Positions 36,475 to 46,391 of a stretch of 64,000 bases of DNA are shown in pieces (positions within the stretch are counted from its first letter, which is position 1; every line of letters starts with the position of its first letter). The notes beneath the pieces are model-generated. The model was not told where the DNA came from. It was given only the letters and a program-made list of their open reading frames with translations, and ran no database searches. The stretch covers positions 1 through 64,000 of the IMG/VR virus record IMGVR_UViG_3300037518_000322; one strand, written 5' to 3'. This stretch comes from a virus. Made by a program: the position numbers and the translations under genes.

Positions 36475-36987
36475 ATGACCACTGATGCCCGTGCACTGGG
36501 CCGCTACTTCGACATCACTCCGGTGATCTCCCTCATCGACTTGAACTCCGGCAACATCACCGGCAAGCGGGTCCGGCTGCGTGATGCGCAGATCTGCACC
36601 TTCCTGATCGTGGCGGACGCCTCGTCGGATGGTGCCGACCTGAACATCGACCTCCAGGAGGCGAACGCTGCGACTGGTGGTACGTCGCAGGATCTGGACA
36701 TCATCACCGACTGGTTCCTCAAGGACGAGACCACCCTCGACGGTGACGAGACGTGGACCCGTGTCTCGCAGACTGCTGCGTCGGAGATCGCTGCTCGTGC
36801 CGATTCGGCCGAGGTGGAGAACCTGTGGGTGGTCGAGGTCCGTGCGGATCAGCTGTCGGATGGTTTCGAGTGGGTCTCGATCAACATCGCGGATGTCACC
36901 ACGGCGGCGAAGTCCGGCGGTGTGTACGCGATCCTGTCGGACCTGAAGGTCATGCGTAAGCCGGAGAACCTGGCTGCGCCTCAGTAA
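36475..36987 (+). CDS. Putative head decoration / minor capsid protein
   Basis: 170 aa beta-rich protein directly after the capsid gene. Confidence 0.55.
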   Translation: MTTDARALGRYFDITPVISLIDLNSGNITGKRVRLRDAQICTFLIVADASSDGADLNIDLQEANAATGGTSQDLDIITDWFLKDETTLDGDETWTRVSQTAASEIAARADSAEVENLWVVEVRADQLSDGFEWVSINIADVTTAAKSGGVYAILSDLKVMRKPENLAAPQ

Positions 36988-37026
36988 GCCGTAGCGAGTC
37001 CTACTACGTCTTAAGGAGGCGTATTC

Positions 37027-37506
37027 ATGAGTTCGATCATTCAGGGCGCTGAGCTGCGGAGTCTGGTACTCGGGCGTTACGTTCAGGGCCAGACGTCCGA
37101 CTTCACCTCTGACGGTGATGCCACGTACCAGGTGTTCACCGTCGCGGGTGGCGAAGTCCTGATCACCGCGCTGTGGGGTCTGGTGACCACGGTCATCGCG
37201 GCAGGCAACGGCACCGTGGCGCTCCAGATGGACCCGACCACGGGCGACACCGACACGTGGATCGCGACCACCGACCTCGGTGGTACGGACACTCTTGCCG
37301 GTGACATTCTGGGTGTCGTCGACAACAACACCGCCACGCCGGACTTCTCCCCGAACCGGCAGCCGCTGATGAACTACATCGCCACCACGGGCGAGATCGA
37401 AGCGGTCGGCGCGTCAAGCGTGGACGGTGTCGTCGAGTGGTATTGCACGTATGTGCCGCTGACGCCTGGTGCCACGGTGGTGGCTGCTACCGGGGGCGCC
37501 GCCTGA
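37027..37506 (+). CDS. Putative virion structural protein
   Basis: 159 aa, G/T/D-rich; AAGGAGG RBS. Confidence 0.6.
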   Translation: MSSIIQGAELRSLVLGRYVQGQTSDFTSDGDATYQVFTVAGGEVLITALWGLVTTVIAAGNGTVALQMDPTTGDTDTWIATTDLGGTDTLAGDILGVVDNNTATPDFSPNRQPLMNYIATTGEIEAVGASSVDGVVEWYCTYVPLTPGATVVAATGGAA

Positions 37507-38285
37507 TGACCACTGACCGTTCGTCTGAGAGTGCGACGTTCGGTCCCTTGCAGGCACGTACCCGGGATGGTTCGCTGGCGGCGTTGTCCGCGATTCAGCA
37601 GGCCACCTCGGGTGCGGGCGTGGGGCTGGATGTCAGATCTGACAACGCTGATGCGGCGGCGGTCAAGGTCCGTGCGGCGGGTGATCTGCTGGATTTGCAG
37701 GATGCCAGTGGGGTCAGTCAGTTCACCGTCACCAATACGGGTGCCGTCACCGTGACGGGTGATCAGACGGTGACCGGTGACTACACCATCACGGGTGATC
37801 TCACCGTCAACGGCGGTGCGATCTTCAATGAGGCATCCGCCGATGAGGACTTCCGCGTGGAGTCCAACGGTGATGCCAACGCGATTTTTGTGGACGGCGG
37901 CAACGACCGGGTCGGCATCTTCACCGCCGCCCCCTCGACCGCGTTCGAGGTCACGGGTGCCACCACCATCACCGGTAATACCGACATCGCCGGGGAAGTC
38001 GACGTGACCACCGGTGATGTCTCCATCTCCACAGCCGGGAACGGTCTTCAGATCGCCGAGGGTGCGAATGCCCGTATGGGTACCGCGACCCTGTCGGGCG
38101 GGGCGGCGACGGTGACCAATACGTCTGTGACTGCCAACACCGTGATCTTCATTTCGCGTGCCACGACGGGTGGTACCGAGGGTCATCTGTCCACCGCCAT
38201 CGACCCGGGTACCGACTTCGATATCAACAGCTCGTCCGGTTCCGACACCAGCACGGTGAACTGGCTCCTGATCGAGCCTGCCTGA
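37506..38285 (+). CDS. Putative head fibre / beta-helix protein
   Basis: TGDxTxTG repeats; NDRVGIFTAAPSTAFEVTG fibre motif. Confidence 0.6.
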   Translation: MTTDRSSESATFGPLQARTRDGSLAALSAIQQATSGAGVGLDVRSDNADAAAVKVRAAGDLLDLQDASGVSQFTVTNTGAVTVTGDQTVTGDYTITGDLTVNGGAIFNEASADEDFRVESNGDANAIFVDGGNDRVGIFTAAPSTAFEVTGATTITGNTDIAGEVDVTTGDVSISTAGNGLQIAEGANARMGTATLSGGAATVTNTSVTANTVIFISRATTGGTEGHLSTAIDPGTDFDINSSSGSDTSTVNWLLIEPA

Positions 38286-38302
38286 CCCCGGATTGAGGAG
38301 TT

Positions 38303-39088
38303 ATGACTAACTACAACCGGGGTACCGAGGGTCGTCTGAACGACATCATGGAGGTCCTCGGTACCACCAAGGCGAGCCTGTGGCCGTTCTGGGAGTCCAC
38401 GGGGACTCTGGTCGCGGGCATCAGTGTCGGGGACCTGACTGCGGCGGAGTCGTCGGGTACGCCGGAAGCACTGGAGGACGACTTTTCGCCAGTGTTGCTG
38501 CCGGGCGGCCTGCACTCGTACCACTTCCATCCGACCGGTGATCACCACCTGGCCGGATCCGATTTGAACCGGTATTCCTTCGGTGACGGCACGGTGGACT
38601 CGGCGTTCTCTGTGGGGGCGTGGATTCGTCCGGCCGCCATTGCCACCAACGTGATCATGGGGAAGTACGACTCCGCCGGGAACTTGGAGGAGTGGCGTTT
38701 CTTCATCGACTCCAGCGGTCTGTTGTCACTGGAGTTGCATGACGCGTCGGCGTCCGCCACGGAGATCGCAGTGTCGGACAGTGCCCTCACCACTGCTCAG
38801 TTGGTTTTTGTCATCGCGACCTACGACGGTGACGAGGATGAACCGGTCGTCAACTTGTACATCGACGGGGCCCTGTCCAATGACGGGACGACGACGGAGT
38901 CCGGTTCGTATGTGGCGATGGAGAACACCGCTGCGCCGCTGACGGTCGGCTGCTCCGGCGTCACCGCCACACCGGTCGCCGAGTTCCACGGCCGCATCGC
39001 GCTCCCCTTCATCACCGGCAAAGAACTGTCGGCCGCCGATGTGTCGGAGCTGTACAGGCTCACCGCCCCGATGATCCGCGTTACCTGA
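38303..39088 (+). CDS. LamG / concanavalin A-like domain virion protein
   Basis: FSVGAWIRP...VIATYDG...LYIDG...LSAADVSELY. Confidence 0.75.
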   Translation: MTNYNRGTEGRLNDIMEVLGTTKASLWPFWESTGTLVAGISVGDLTAAESSGTPEALEDDFSPVLLPGGLHSYHFHPTGDHHLAGSDLNRYSFGDGTVDSAFSVGAWIRPAAIATNVIMGKYDSAGNLEEWRFFIDSSGLLSLELHDASASATEIAVSDSALTTAQLVFVIATYDGDEDEPVVNLYIDGALSNDGTTTESGSYVAMENTAAPLTVGCSGVTATPVAEFHGRIALPFITGKELSAADVSELYRLTAPMIRVT

Positions 39089-39109
39089 ACCAGACGACGG
39101 GGAGAACCC

Positions 39110-39739
39110 ATGTCTTTGCGTACGTGCGCGGGGTGCACGACATCCTATGCGCCTGAGCTTTCGGCGTGCCCGCATTGCGGGGGTGTCCAGTACACCGAGG
39201 ACGGTGTGACGGTCTCCCGGCGGCTGCCGATGTTCGTCTCTGTCCGCTGCGACTGCGGGCGTGGGCCGTTCCAGGTCCGGCTGTCGGGTCCACTGCCCGG
39301 CCTGATTCAGCTTCCGAGTCTCTTCTGCGCCTCGTGTGGTAGCCGGGTGCAGGTCCCCTGGCCCCCTGTGGAGGATGACATGTCCCCGAAGATCACCGTC
39401 CATGGCGGTGCCACGAACGCTCGCGAGGCGGCCTCCTCCCCGGACGCGGTCGCGAGCAAGCCCCTGGCCGGAGCCGAGGCCGGTCAGGGGCGCCCAACTG
39501 CTGAGGCGGTTGTGCTTCCGGTGCAGGAGGCGGAGGTCGTTGAGGTTGTGCCGGAGGTTCCCTCCGATGTGCCTGCCGCCGAGGACGCCGCCCCATTGCC
39601 CGAACCCGAGCCGGTGATCGACCCGTATGCGGGCAAGACGCTGGCCGAGCTGCGTGATGCGGCTGATGCGCGGGGTGTTGCCTCGTACGGCAGTAAGGCG
39701 CAGATCGCTGAGCGGCTGCGGGCTGCTGACGCGCGCTGA
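39110..39739 (+). CDS. Zinc-ribbon protein with C-terminal SAP/HeH-like motif
   Basis: CAGC...CPHC, CDC...CASC; TLAELRDAADARGVASYGSKAQIAERL. Confidence 0.65.
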   Translation: MSLRTCAGCTTSYAPELSACPHCGGVQYTEDGVTVSRRLPMFVSVRCDCGRGPFQVRLSGPLPGLIQLPSLFCASCGSRVQVPWPPVEDDMSPKITVHGGATNAREAASSPDAVASKPLAGAEAGQGRPTAEAVVLPVQEAEVVEVVPEVPSDVPAAEDAAPLPEPEPVIDPYAGKTLAELRDAADARGVASYGSKAQIAERLRAADAR

Positions 39740-39756
39740 TCGTCACGAAGGGGTAA

Positions 39757-40263
39757 GTGATGTCTGGACTCACGCCTCCGACGTATGCGTATGGCCGCAG
39801 TGATGTTCCGGGAGTCGTTGCGGCGAACGTGTTCATCTCGTTCTTCAACCCGGCGAACAGCGGGAAGATCATGCTGGCGATCCAGGGGATCGTCACCGCG
39901 TACAGCATCGGCTTGTCGGAAACTGCGGTGTCGATGCATGCCCGGTTCGTTTCCAGCGCGTCCGGTGGCACTCTGGTCGATCCGGATCTGATCTACCCGT
40001 TGCGCAGTGACTGGCCGAGTCCGTCGCTGGTGGTCCGGACGGGTAATCCGACGGTCTCCCTGACGCCGGACTACGGGACGCTCGCCAACTTTCCGCCCCC
40101 GATCTCGGACAAGATCGGGGCGGTGGCGGGAGGGGTGGCCACGACTCCGTCGGCGGGAGGCGTTCCGTACCTGCCGGGTGAGGGGTTCTGCTACCGGACA
40201 TCCGCCGGTAATACGAATCAGCGGTGGAATATACAGTTCATCTGGGTGGAGGTCGATGTCTGA
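39757..40263 (+). CDS. Putative structural protein
   Basis: 168 aa beta-rich protein in the head-tail region. Confidence 0.55.
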   Translation: MMSGLTPPTYAYGRSDVPGVVAANVFISFFNPANSGKIMLAIQGIVTAYSIGLSETAVSMHARFVSSASGGTLVDPDLIYPLRSDWPSPSLVVRTGNPTVSLTPDYGTLANFPPPISDKIGAVAGGVATTPSAGGVPYLPGEGFCYRTSAGNTNQRWNIQFIWVEVDV

Positions 40264-40442
40264 TGGCGTGGGAGCAGTTGCTCAGTATCAAGGCTGAGGC
40301 GTTGATGTATGTCCGCGAGGAGCGGACGCAGCCGCCGGTGGCGTGTCCGTATGACGGTGAGCCGTTGGATGCCGCGTCGAACGGTGTTCTGCATTGCCCT
40401 TGGGGGAATTACGAATTTCCCCGTGACCGGCGGATCATCTGA
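40263..40442 (+). CDS. Small zinc-ribbon protein
   Basis: MAWEQLL...CPYDGEPL...HCPW. Confidence 0.65.
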   Translation: MAWEQLLSIKAEALMYVREERTQPPVACPYDGEPLDAASNGVLHCPWGNYEFPRDRRII

Positions 40443-40494
40443 CCGTGGCCTTCATCTGATGGTGGAGGCCTTTCTTCATGCTTGATTCCGGAGG

Positions 40495-41352
40495 ATGGTC
40501 ATGCCTGCTGTCAATGCTGTGACCAGTCTCCTGAACACCGATTCCACGCAGACGGCATTCACTGTGCGGAACAACCCGGTCGGCGGTTCGACGCCCTGTC
40601 ATGCGGCGCAGGTGACGCAGGCGGCGACGTCCGGCAATGGCGCCGGGCTGAATGTCGTGTCGAACAACACGAGCAGTCCGGCGATCCGGGCGCGGGCGGC
40701 AGGGCCACTGATCGAGCTGTACAACGCGTCGAACGCGGTGAAGTTCGAGGTGTCCAACACTGGTGCTGTCACCTTGTATGACGCGCTGACGCTGACCTCG
40801 CTGACTACGTCGGGGAACGCCACTGTCGGCGGGACGCTCGATGTGACAGGGGCGACGACTCTGAGCAGCACGCTTGATGTGACGGATGCGGCGACGCTGA
40901 GTTCGACGCTTGATGTCACGGGGGCGTCCACTCTCACCGGCGGCATCAGTGGGGATACCACGCTGACGGGTGACCTGACCCTGCAAGGCACGGACAAGGC
41001 ATACCGGTTCCGCCGCTCCGGCAGTGCGCTGGACCTGGACGCGACCGGTGTCGACCTGCTGATCTCCAACTTTTCCGGGACTGCGTTCAATGGCACGCAG
41101 CGGTCCTACTTTCGCCTCAGTGCGGATGCGCAGAATGTGCAGGTTGCGGGGAAGGTCGAGTTCGTTGACGCCCTGTATGGCACCACGGCGCATGTTCTGG
41201 ACGGTGATGCGGACACGGTCGGCTTCCACAGTGCGACTCCGGTGACTCAGCAGACGGTGACCGGCGTCCGTGACAGCAATACGGCGCTGGCTGGTCTGCT
41301 GGCGGCGCTGGACACGCTTGGTCTCATCGTCGACTCCACCACTGCGACCTAG
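40495..41352 (+). CDS. Putative fibre protein, paralogous in part to 37506-38285
   Basis: TLDVT(G/D)A repeats; C-terminal LLAALDTLGLI motif. Confidence 0.6.
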   Translation: MVMPAVNAVTSLLNTDSTQTAFTVRNNPVGGSTPCHAAQVTQAATSGNGAGLNVVSNNTSSPAIRARAAGPLIELYNASNAVKFEVSNTGAVTLYDALTLTSLTTSGNATVGGTLDVTGATTLSSTLDVTDAATLSSTLDVTGASTLTGGISGDTTLTGDLTLQGTDKAYRFRRSGSALDLDATGVDLLISNFSGTAFNGTQRSYFRLSADAQNVQVAGKVEFVDALYGTTAHVLDGDADTVGFHSATPVTQQTVTGVRDSNTALAGLLAALDTLGLIVDSTTAT

Positions 41353-41360
41353 GGGCTGTT

Positions 41361-41504
41361 GTGGATCTGGGGCTTGAGGACTTCAAGCAGCTGTTGTTCG
41401 ACCTGTATCTGGCGCAGCGGGAGAACGCCGAGCTGCGTGGGCTGCTCGCGCAGAAACGTGAAGAGACCGGTGAGCCGGGCGGGGAGGTGCTTGATGGCCA
41501 TTGA
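41361..41504 (+). CDS. Small coiled-coil protein, 47 aa
   Basis: MDLGLEDFKQLLFDLYLAQRENAELR...; GTG after AGGGG. Confidence 0.5.
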   Translation: MDLGLEDFKQLLFDLYLAQRENAELRGLLAQKREETGEPGGEVLDGH

Positions 41505-42573
41505 CGTCCCTGTGTATACGACGAGAGAGACCATCAAGCGTGCGCTGGACCAGGGTGAGGTCGCACGGAACAACGTCAACATCGACCGGTGTATCGAGAC
41601 CGCGTCGCGTAACGCTGAGACGCTGTGTCATCGTCATGCCTTCTATCCGCAGGTGGACACGCGGAAGTTCGACTGGCCCAACGAGCAGGACGCGCTGTCG
41701 TGGCGGCTGTGGCTGGATGATCATCTTCTGATCTCTGTGACGTCGATGACGTCGGGCGGGGATGCGATTTCCACGTCGTCCATTTTTCTGGAGCCGAACC
41801 GGTCGGGTCCGCCTTTCAACCAGCTCCAGATATCCACCGCGTCGTCGGCGGCTTTCGGGATCGGGTCCACCCATCAGCAGGACATTTCGATCACCGGCCT
41901 GTGGGGCTGGAACGACGACCACACGACTGCTGGGGTGACGGTGGAGGCGCTCGACGCCTCGGAGACCGGCGTTGATGTGGACGCGGCGGCCTCCGCGCGT
42001 GTCGGTGTTGGCTCCATCCTGAAGATCGGTACCGAGCGGCTGCTGGTGACCGAGCGGGTCCAGCTCGATACCGGGGTGAACGTCGGTGGAGCGGGTCTGA
42101 CGAACGGTAAGGGTGACACCGCGTTGACGGTGGCGGATGGGACGGTGTTCGCGGTGGGTGAGGTGCTCCTCATCGACTCCGAGCGTGTCCTGGTCACTGA
42201 TATCGCGGGGAACACGCTGGTGATCGAGCGTGCCTTCGACGGCACCAACTCCGCTGCGCACACTACGAGTTCAGACATTTACGCGCCGCGCACCCTGACC
42301 GTCACGCGGGGCGCCTTGGGGTCCACGGCCGCCACGCATGACAACGGTGCGACGGTCTCGGTGTGGACGGTCCCGCCTGCTCTGCGGCAGCTTGTCACGT
42401 CCGAGGCGATCCATGAGCTGATGCAGGAGCAGACCGGCTGGTTCCGCACCATGTCGGCGTCGTCGATCTTCGGCGGCACAGCGAAGCGGGCTGCCACGAT
42501 CGATGCGATCGTCGATTACCGCGAGCAGGCGTACCGCACGCATGGGCGTAAGGCGCGGTCCCGGACTGTCTGA
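41494..42573 (+). CDS. Head-to-tail adaptor with inserted beta-domains
   Basis: YTTRETIK...IETASR..E..CHR..F...VPPALRQ adaptor pattern. Confidence 0.7.
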   Translation: MAIDVPVYTTRETIKRALDQGEVARNNVNIDRCIETASRNAETLCHRHAFYPQVDTRKFDWPNEQDALSWRLWLDDHLLISVTSMTSGGDAISTSSIFLEPNRSGPPFNQLQISTASSAAFGIGSTHQQDISITGLWGWNDDHTTAGVTVEALDASETGVDVDAAASARVGVGSILKIGTERLLVTERVQLDTGVNVGGAGLTNGKGDTALTVADGTVFAVGEVLLIDSERVLVTDIAGNTLVIERAFDGTNSAAHTTSSDIYAPRTLTVTRGALGSTAATHDNGATVSVWTVPPALRQLVTSEAIHELMQEQTGWFRTMSASSIFGGTAKRAATIDAIVDYREQAYRTHGRKARSRTV

Positions 42574-42584
42574 GAGGGGCTCTC

Positions 42585-42995
42585 GTGGCGAGTGTCGGCT
42601 ACCACATCAGTTTCCGGTCCCGGGCGCAGGGGCCCATCTCGTCCGGTCGGATCCACAAGCATGTGCGGGACTACGAGAAGGATGTCGCACGCGAGTTGTC
42701 GGAGGAGGCCGAGGACACCTGGCTGAACCTCCTGGATGTGCGTCTGCGTCATCAGAGGCCGTACTACACGACGCAGATCGCTACCAGGAAGGTCGCCTGG
42801 AACCGGTACAAGATCCATGACAGCGGCGTGATTTACGGCCACTGGCTGGAAGGCACAGGGTCCCGGAACGCCCCCGTCACGGTCTTCCCTGGCTACTGGT
42901 CCATGCGGGACACCAAGGCCGAGATGAAGATCAAGCGTAGGCCCATCGCTGAAGAGATTCTCGTACAGCACCAGGCCCGGGGCCGTCTGATCTAG
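42585..42995 (+). CDS. Putative neck / tail completion protein
   Basis: VIYGHWLEGTGSRN...FPGY motif; synteny. Confidence 0.6.
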   Translation: MASVGYHISFRSRAQGPISSGRIHKHVRDYEKDVARELSEEAEDTWLNLLDVRLRHQRPYYTTQIATRKVAWNRYKIHDSGVIYGHWLEGTGSRNAPVTVFPGYWSMRDTKAEMKIKRRPIAEEILVQHQARGRLI

Positions 42996-43004
42996 GAGGA
43001 ACCC

Positions 43005-43460
43005 GTGGCGCTCGACATCGACAGCATCCTCGACACCGTGGTCACTCATGCGCAGGCTACCGGCTGGTTCCAGACCGTCGAGGAGCATGAGTCGAAGATA
43101 CAGAACACCAACTCCATCACGGCTGGTGTGTGGATCGAGAGCATCGACCCCATCAAGAGTTCGGGTCTGGCCTCCGTCTCGGTTCGGCTGGAGCTGGAGA
43201 TGCGTATCTACGGCTCGACGATGACGGAGCCGTACGGTGACATCGACTCCAACCTGGCCAAGGCGGTCGATGCCTTGTTCGCCGCGTATCTCGGGGATTT
43301 CGACTTGGGCAGTGAGGCCCGGCACATCGACATTTTCGGTGCGCATGGGCGGGGGCTCGGGGTTCGCTCGGGTTATCTGAACATGGGTGGCCGTGAGCTG
43401 CGGGTCTTTCAGATCCGGCTGCCGATCATCCTTAACGACATTTGGGATGAAACCGCTTAA
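43005..43460 (+). CDS. Putative tail terminator
   Basis: 151 aa; position before tail tube; LPIILNDIW end. Confidence 0.6.
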   Translation: MALDIDSILDTVVTHAQATGWFQTVEEHESKIQNTNSITAGVWIESIDPIKSSGLASVSVRLELEMRIYGSTMTEPYGDIDSNLAKAVDALFAAYLGDFDLGSEARHIDIFGAHGRGLGVRSGYLNMGGRELRVFQIRLPIILNDIWDETA

Positions 43461-43481
43461 GCCGTACATCTTAGCCATTTT

Positions 43482-43509
43482 GAGCCCCGTTTCCTCGGGG
43501 CTTTTTCTA
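43482..43509 (+). terminator. Rho-independent terminator
   Basis: GAGCCCCG-loop-CGGGGCTT followed by TTTCT. Confidence 0.6.
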
Positions 43510-43531
43510 TGCCCCCGAGGAGGAGGTCCCC

Positions 43532-44917
43532 GTGGCCAAGCAGTCCGGTTTGGGCGATAATTTCTATTTGGGGGGATTTGACCTTTCCGGTGACACCGCG
43601 TCCCTCGGTGAAATCGGCGGCGGCATCGCCGTCATCGAAACGACCGGCATCGACAAGTCCGCCTTCGAGCGTATTGGCGGCCAGCGGGACGGTCGTATCG
43701 AGTGGGTCTCCCACTTCAACCCCTCCACCGACCAGCAGCACGACACGTTGTCCACCCTGCCGACCACCGACCGGCACCTCATGTACTGCCGTGGCACGAC
43801 GCTCGGCAATGCGGCTGCCTGCCTGGTCGGCAAGCAGCTCAACTATGACCCCACCCGGGACACCGACGGCAAGCTGACCATCGCGGTGCGCGCTGAGGCC
43901 AACGGCTTCGGCCTGGAGTGGGGCAAGCAGCTCACCGCAGGCCAGCGCACCGACACCTCAGCCACCGAAGGCACCGCCGTGGAATTCGGGTACACCGGCG
44001 AGGACTTCCTCTTCCTGTCCGGCAGCTCCGGGGACTATGCCGATACCCCGGACGCCGCCGGGCTCGACATCACCGGTGACATCGACATCCGTGCCCGTAT
44101 CGCCATGGACGACTGGACCCCGGCGGCCGAGTCGACCGTCATCGCCAAGTACACCGCCACTGGCGACGAACGCTCCTACGCGCTCGCCATCACCACGGGC
44201 GGCAACCTCATCCTGCGGTGGTCGGAGGACGGCGCCGTCGAGCTGACGGAAACCTCGTCGGTGGCGACCGGGTTCACCGACGGGACCACGCACTGGGTCC
44301 GCGTGACGATGGACGTGGACAACGGCTCCTCCGACGCCGACATCATCTTCTACACCAGTGAAGACGGCTCCACCTGGACCCAGCTCGGCGCCACCCAGAA
44401 CAACGGCTCCACCACATCCATCTTCGCCTCCACCGCCGTCCTGGAAATCGGCGCCCAGAGCGTCGGCACCGTCAACCGTATGGCGGGCAAGTTCTTCGAG
44501 GGCAGCGTCCTGACCGGCATCGCCGGTACAGCGGTCGCAGCCCCCGACGCCGACCAGGCCACCGACGGCATCACTGATGCCACCCCGCTGACCTGGACCG
44601 TACAGGGCGACGCGTTCATCTCCAGCCACACCGTCTTCGGCGGGCAGGCCTACCTCCAGGTCTTCGACTTCACCGGCGACGACGTAACAGTCAAGCTCCA
44701 GCACAGCCACGACAACGGCGGGGAAGACGCATTCGCCGACATCACCGGCGGCGGCTTCACGGCCATCGGCTCAGCGCCAACGACGGAGCGGATCGCCACC
44801 GCCGCCACCCTGGAGATCAAGCGCTATGTGCGAGCGGTGACAGTGACAACAGGCGGCTTCACCAATCTCGTGTTCTCCGTGATGTTCACACAAAACATCA
44901 CATCGACCGTTTTCTGA
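43532..44917 (+). CDS. Tail-tube-like protein with inserted LamG-like domain
   Basis: N-terminus resembles the 45491 protein (MAK.SGL, TTGIDKSA.ER); central LDITGDIDIR domain. Confidence 0.65.
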   Translation: MAKQSGLGDNFYLGGFDLSGDTASLGEIGGGIAVIETTGIDKSAFERIGGQRDGRIEWVSHFNPSTDQQHDTLSTLPTTDRHLMYCRGTTLGNAAACLVGKQLNYDPTRDTDGKLTIAVRAEANGFGLEWGKQLTAGQRTDTSATEGTAVEFGYTGEDFLFLSGSSGDYADTPDAAGLDITGDIDIRARIAMDDWTPAAESTVIAKYTATGDERSYALAITTGGNLILRWSEDGAVELTETSSVATGFTDGTTHWVRVTMDVDNGSSDADIIFYTSEDGSTWTQLGATQNNGSTTSIFASTAVLEIGAQSVGTVNRMAGKFFEGSVLTGIAGTAVAAPDADQATDGITDATPLTWTVQGDAFISSHTVFGGQAYLQVFDFTGDDVTVKLQHSHDNGGEDAFADITGGGFTAIGSAPTTERIATAATLEIKRYVRAVTVTTGGFTNLVFSVMFTQNITSTVF

Positions 44918-44939
44918 CCAATAGTCCGGGGAGGACTTC

Positions 44940-45383
44940 ATGCGCCCGACGAACCGCATCGCCCCACTGGGGCAGGTCCAGGACTACCGCACGTTCCAGA
45001 TCCTCGCCCCCGCCTCGACGCACCGCCGGAAGGCTTCGTGCGCCGAGGTGAACTGCACGCAGTACCTGCACGGTTGGCGGGTCCGCGTGGACGGACTGGA
45101 CCCCCAGATGCTGCACACGGCGAAGACATCGGGCCGGAAGTACACCGAACTCCACGTCGCCGAGGGCGAGAACTGGCTCGTCTTCGAGGCGGGACAGAGC
45201 TGCTTCAAGATGTCCCAGCACAGTGTCCCGCTGGACAAACGGGAACTCTTCATCGCACGCGACGGCGACTTCCGGGGAAACCCGACCGGGAACATCCGCA
45301 AGCACACCCGGCCCGAATTCTGGGTTGAGGAGATGTCACTGAATTTGGACAAGGTCCGGGACCGGCAGCAGCGGCACGGATAA
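44940..45383 (+). CDS. Hypothetical protein
   Basis: 147 aa, GGGAGG RBS. Confidence 0.65.
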   Translation: MRPTNRIAPLGQVQDYRTFQILAPASTHRRKASCAEVNCTQYLHGWRVRVDGLDPQMLHTAKTSGRKYTELHVAEGENWLVFEAGQSCFKMSQHSVPLDKRELFIARDGDFRGNPTGNIRKHTRPEFWVEEMSLNLDKVRDRQQRHG

Positions 45384-45407
45384 CAAACAACGACCGCTCC
45401 ACACATT

Positions 45408-45440
45408 AGGCCCGTCGCTGGTTTGCGACGGGCCTTCTCT
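45408..45440 (+). terminator. Rho-independent terminator
   Basis: AGGCCCGTCGC-loop-GCGACGGGCCT then TCTCT. Confidence 0.6.
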
Positions 45441-45490
45441 ATGCCCGGAGAACGGTGCTGCCGCTCTCCTTTACTTAGGAGGGGATCCAA

Positions 45491-45916
45491 TTGGCCAAAG
45501 AGTCCGGACTCGCGTGGGACAAGCTCGAAGTGGACGACAGTGGCGGAACACTTCGGGACATTCGCAATGACACGACAAACCTGGAGTTCGCGACTCCGCG
45601 TGCAACCCAGGACACCACAGGTATCGACAAGTCGGCGATGGAGCGTCTGCTCCTGCTCGCCGACTTCACCATCACTATGAACGGCGTCTTCAACGATGAC
45701 GGTGATACATCGGCGCACAGCGTGTTCAAGACGATCCCGTCCTCTGATAACGCGCGTGAGATCAACATCCAGGTGTCGGATCAGATCCTTGGAGTGACGC
45801 CTGCGTTCACGATCCTGCTCACCGACTACCCGCTCTCCCGCTCGGACTCCGGTGAGCTCACCTGGGCTGTGCCTGGGAGCTTGGCTAGCGGCGACGTTCC
45901 CGCGTGGACAACCTGA
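45491..45916 (+). CDS. Major tail tube protein
   Basis: 141 aa; DTTGIDKSAMERLLLLADF...GELTW...LASG.VP.W; precedes the chaperone. Confidence 0.75.
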   Translation: MAKESGLAWDKLEVDDSGGTLRDIRNDTTNLEFATPRATQDTTGIDKSAMERLLLLADFTITMNGVFNDDGDTSAHSVFKTIPSSDNAREINIQVSDQILGVTPAFTILLTDYPLSRSDSGELTWAVPGSLASGDVPAWTT

Positions 45917-45998
45917 GTCAGTCCGCACATTCAAGCACTTCGGCAGTCCATCGCAGGTGCGGTGGGCTTTTTTCATGCCCATTTCCGGGGAGGGCCTT

Positions 45999-46391
45999 AT
46001 GGCCGGTTTCAAGCGTAAGAAGAAGATCTACAAGCTGGACTTCGAGGGGACTGAGTATGACGGCCTGGAGGTGAAGGTCGGTGGTCTCACCACGGGTGAG
46101 TTCCTGGAGTTGATCGGTCTGTCGGCTCCGGGGACCGAGGAGTCGAATGAGACGGAGAAGATGATGCAGTTCTTCTCCGCGCATCTGGTCTCCTGGAATC
46201 TGGAGGATGAGAACGATGAGCCGGTTCCGGCGACGTTCGATGGTGTGAAGACGAATGAGCTGGCGATGAACCAGTTCATTGTCAGTTCGTGGATCAGTGC
46301 TTTGGCTGATGTGCCGGAGGCTACTGAAAAAAAGTCCTCCGGTGGCGAGACTCCCCTTATGGACTCGATTCCGACGGAAACATTGCTGTAA
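45999..46391 (+). CDS. Tail assembly chaperone (G)
   Basis: MAGFKRKKK...LVSWNLEDE; between tail tube and tape measure. Confidence 0.8.
   Translation: MAGFKRKKKIYKLDFEGTEYDGLEVKVGGLTTGEFLELIGLSAPGTEESNETEKMMQFFSAHLVSWNLEDENDEPVPATFDGVKTNELAMNQFIVSSWISALADVPEATEKKSSGGETPLMDSIPTETLL

Noticed and set aside
34904-36496. 530-aa minus-strand ORF, and similar long antisense ORFs over terL, tape measure, amidase and vWA genes
   Set aside because: Shadow frames of high-GC genes with clear motifs on the other strand
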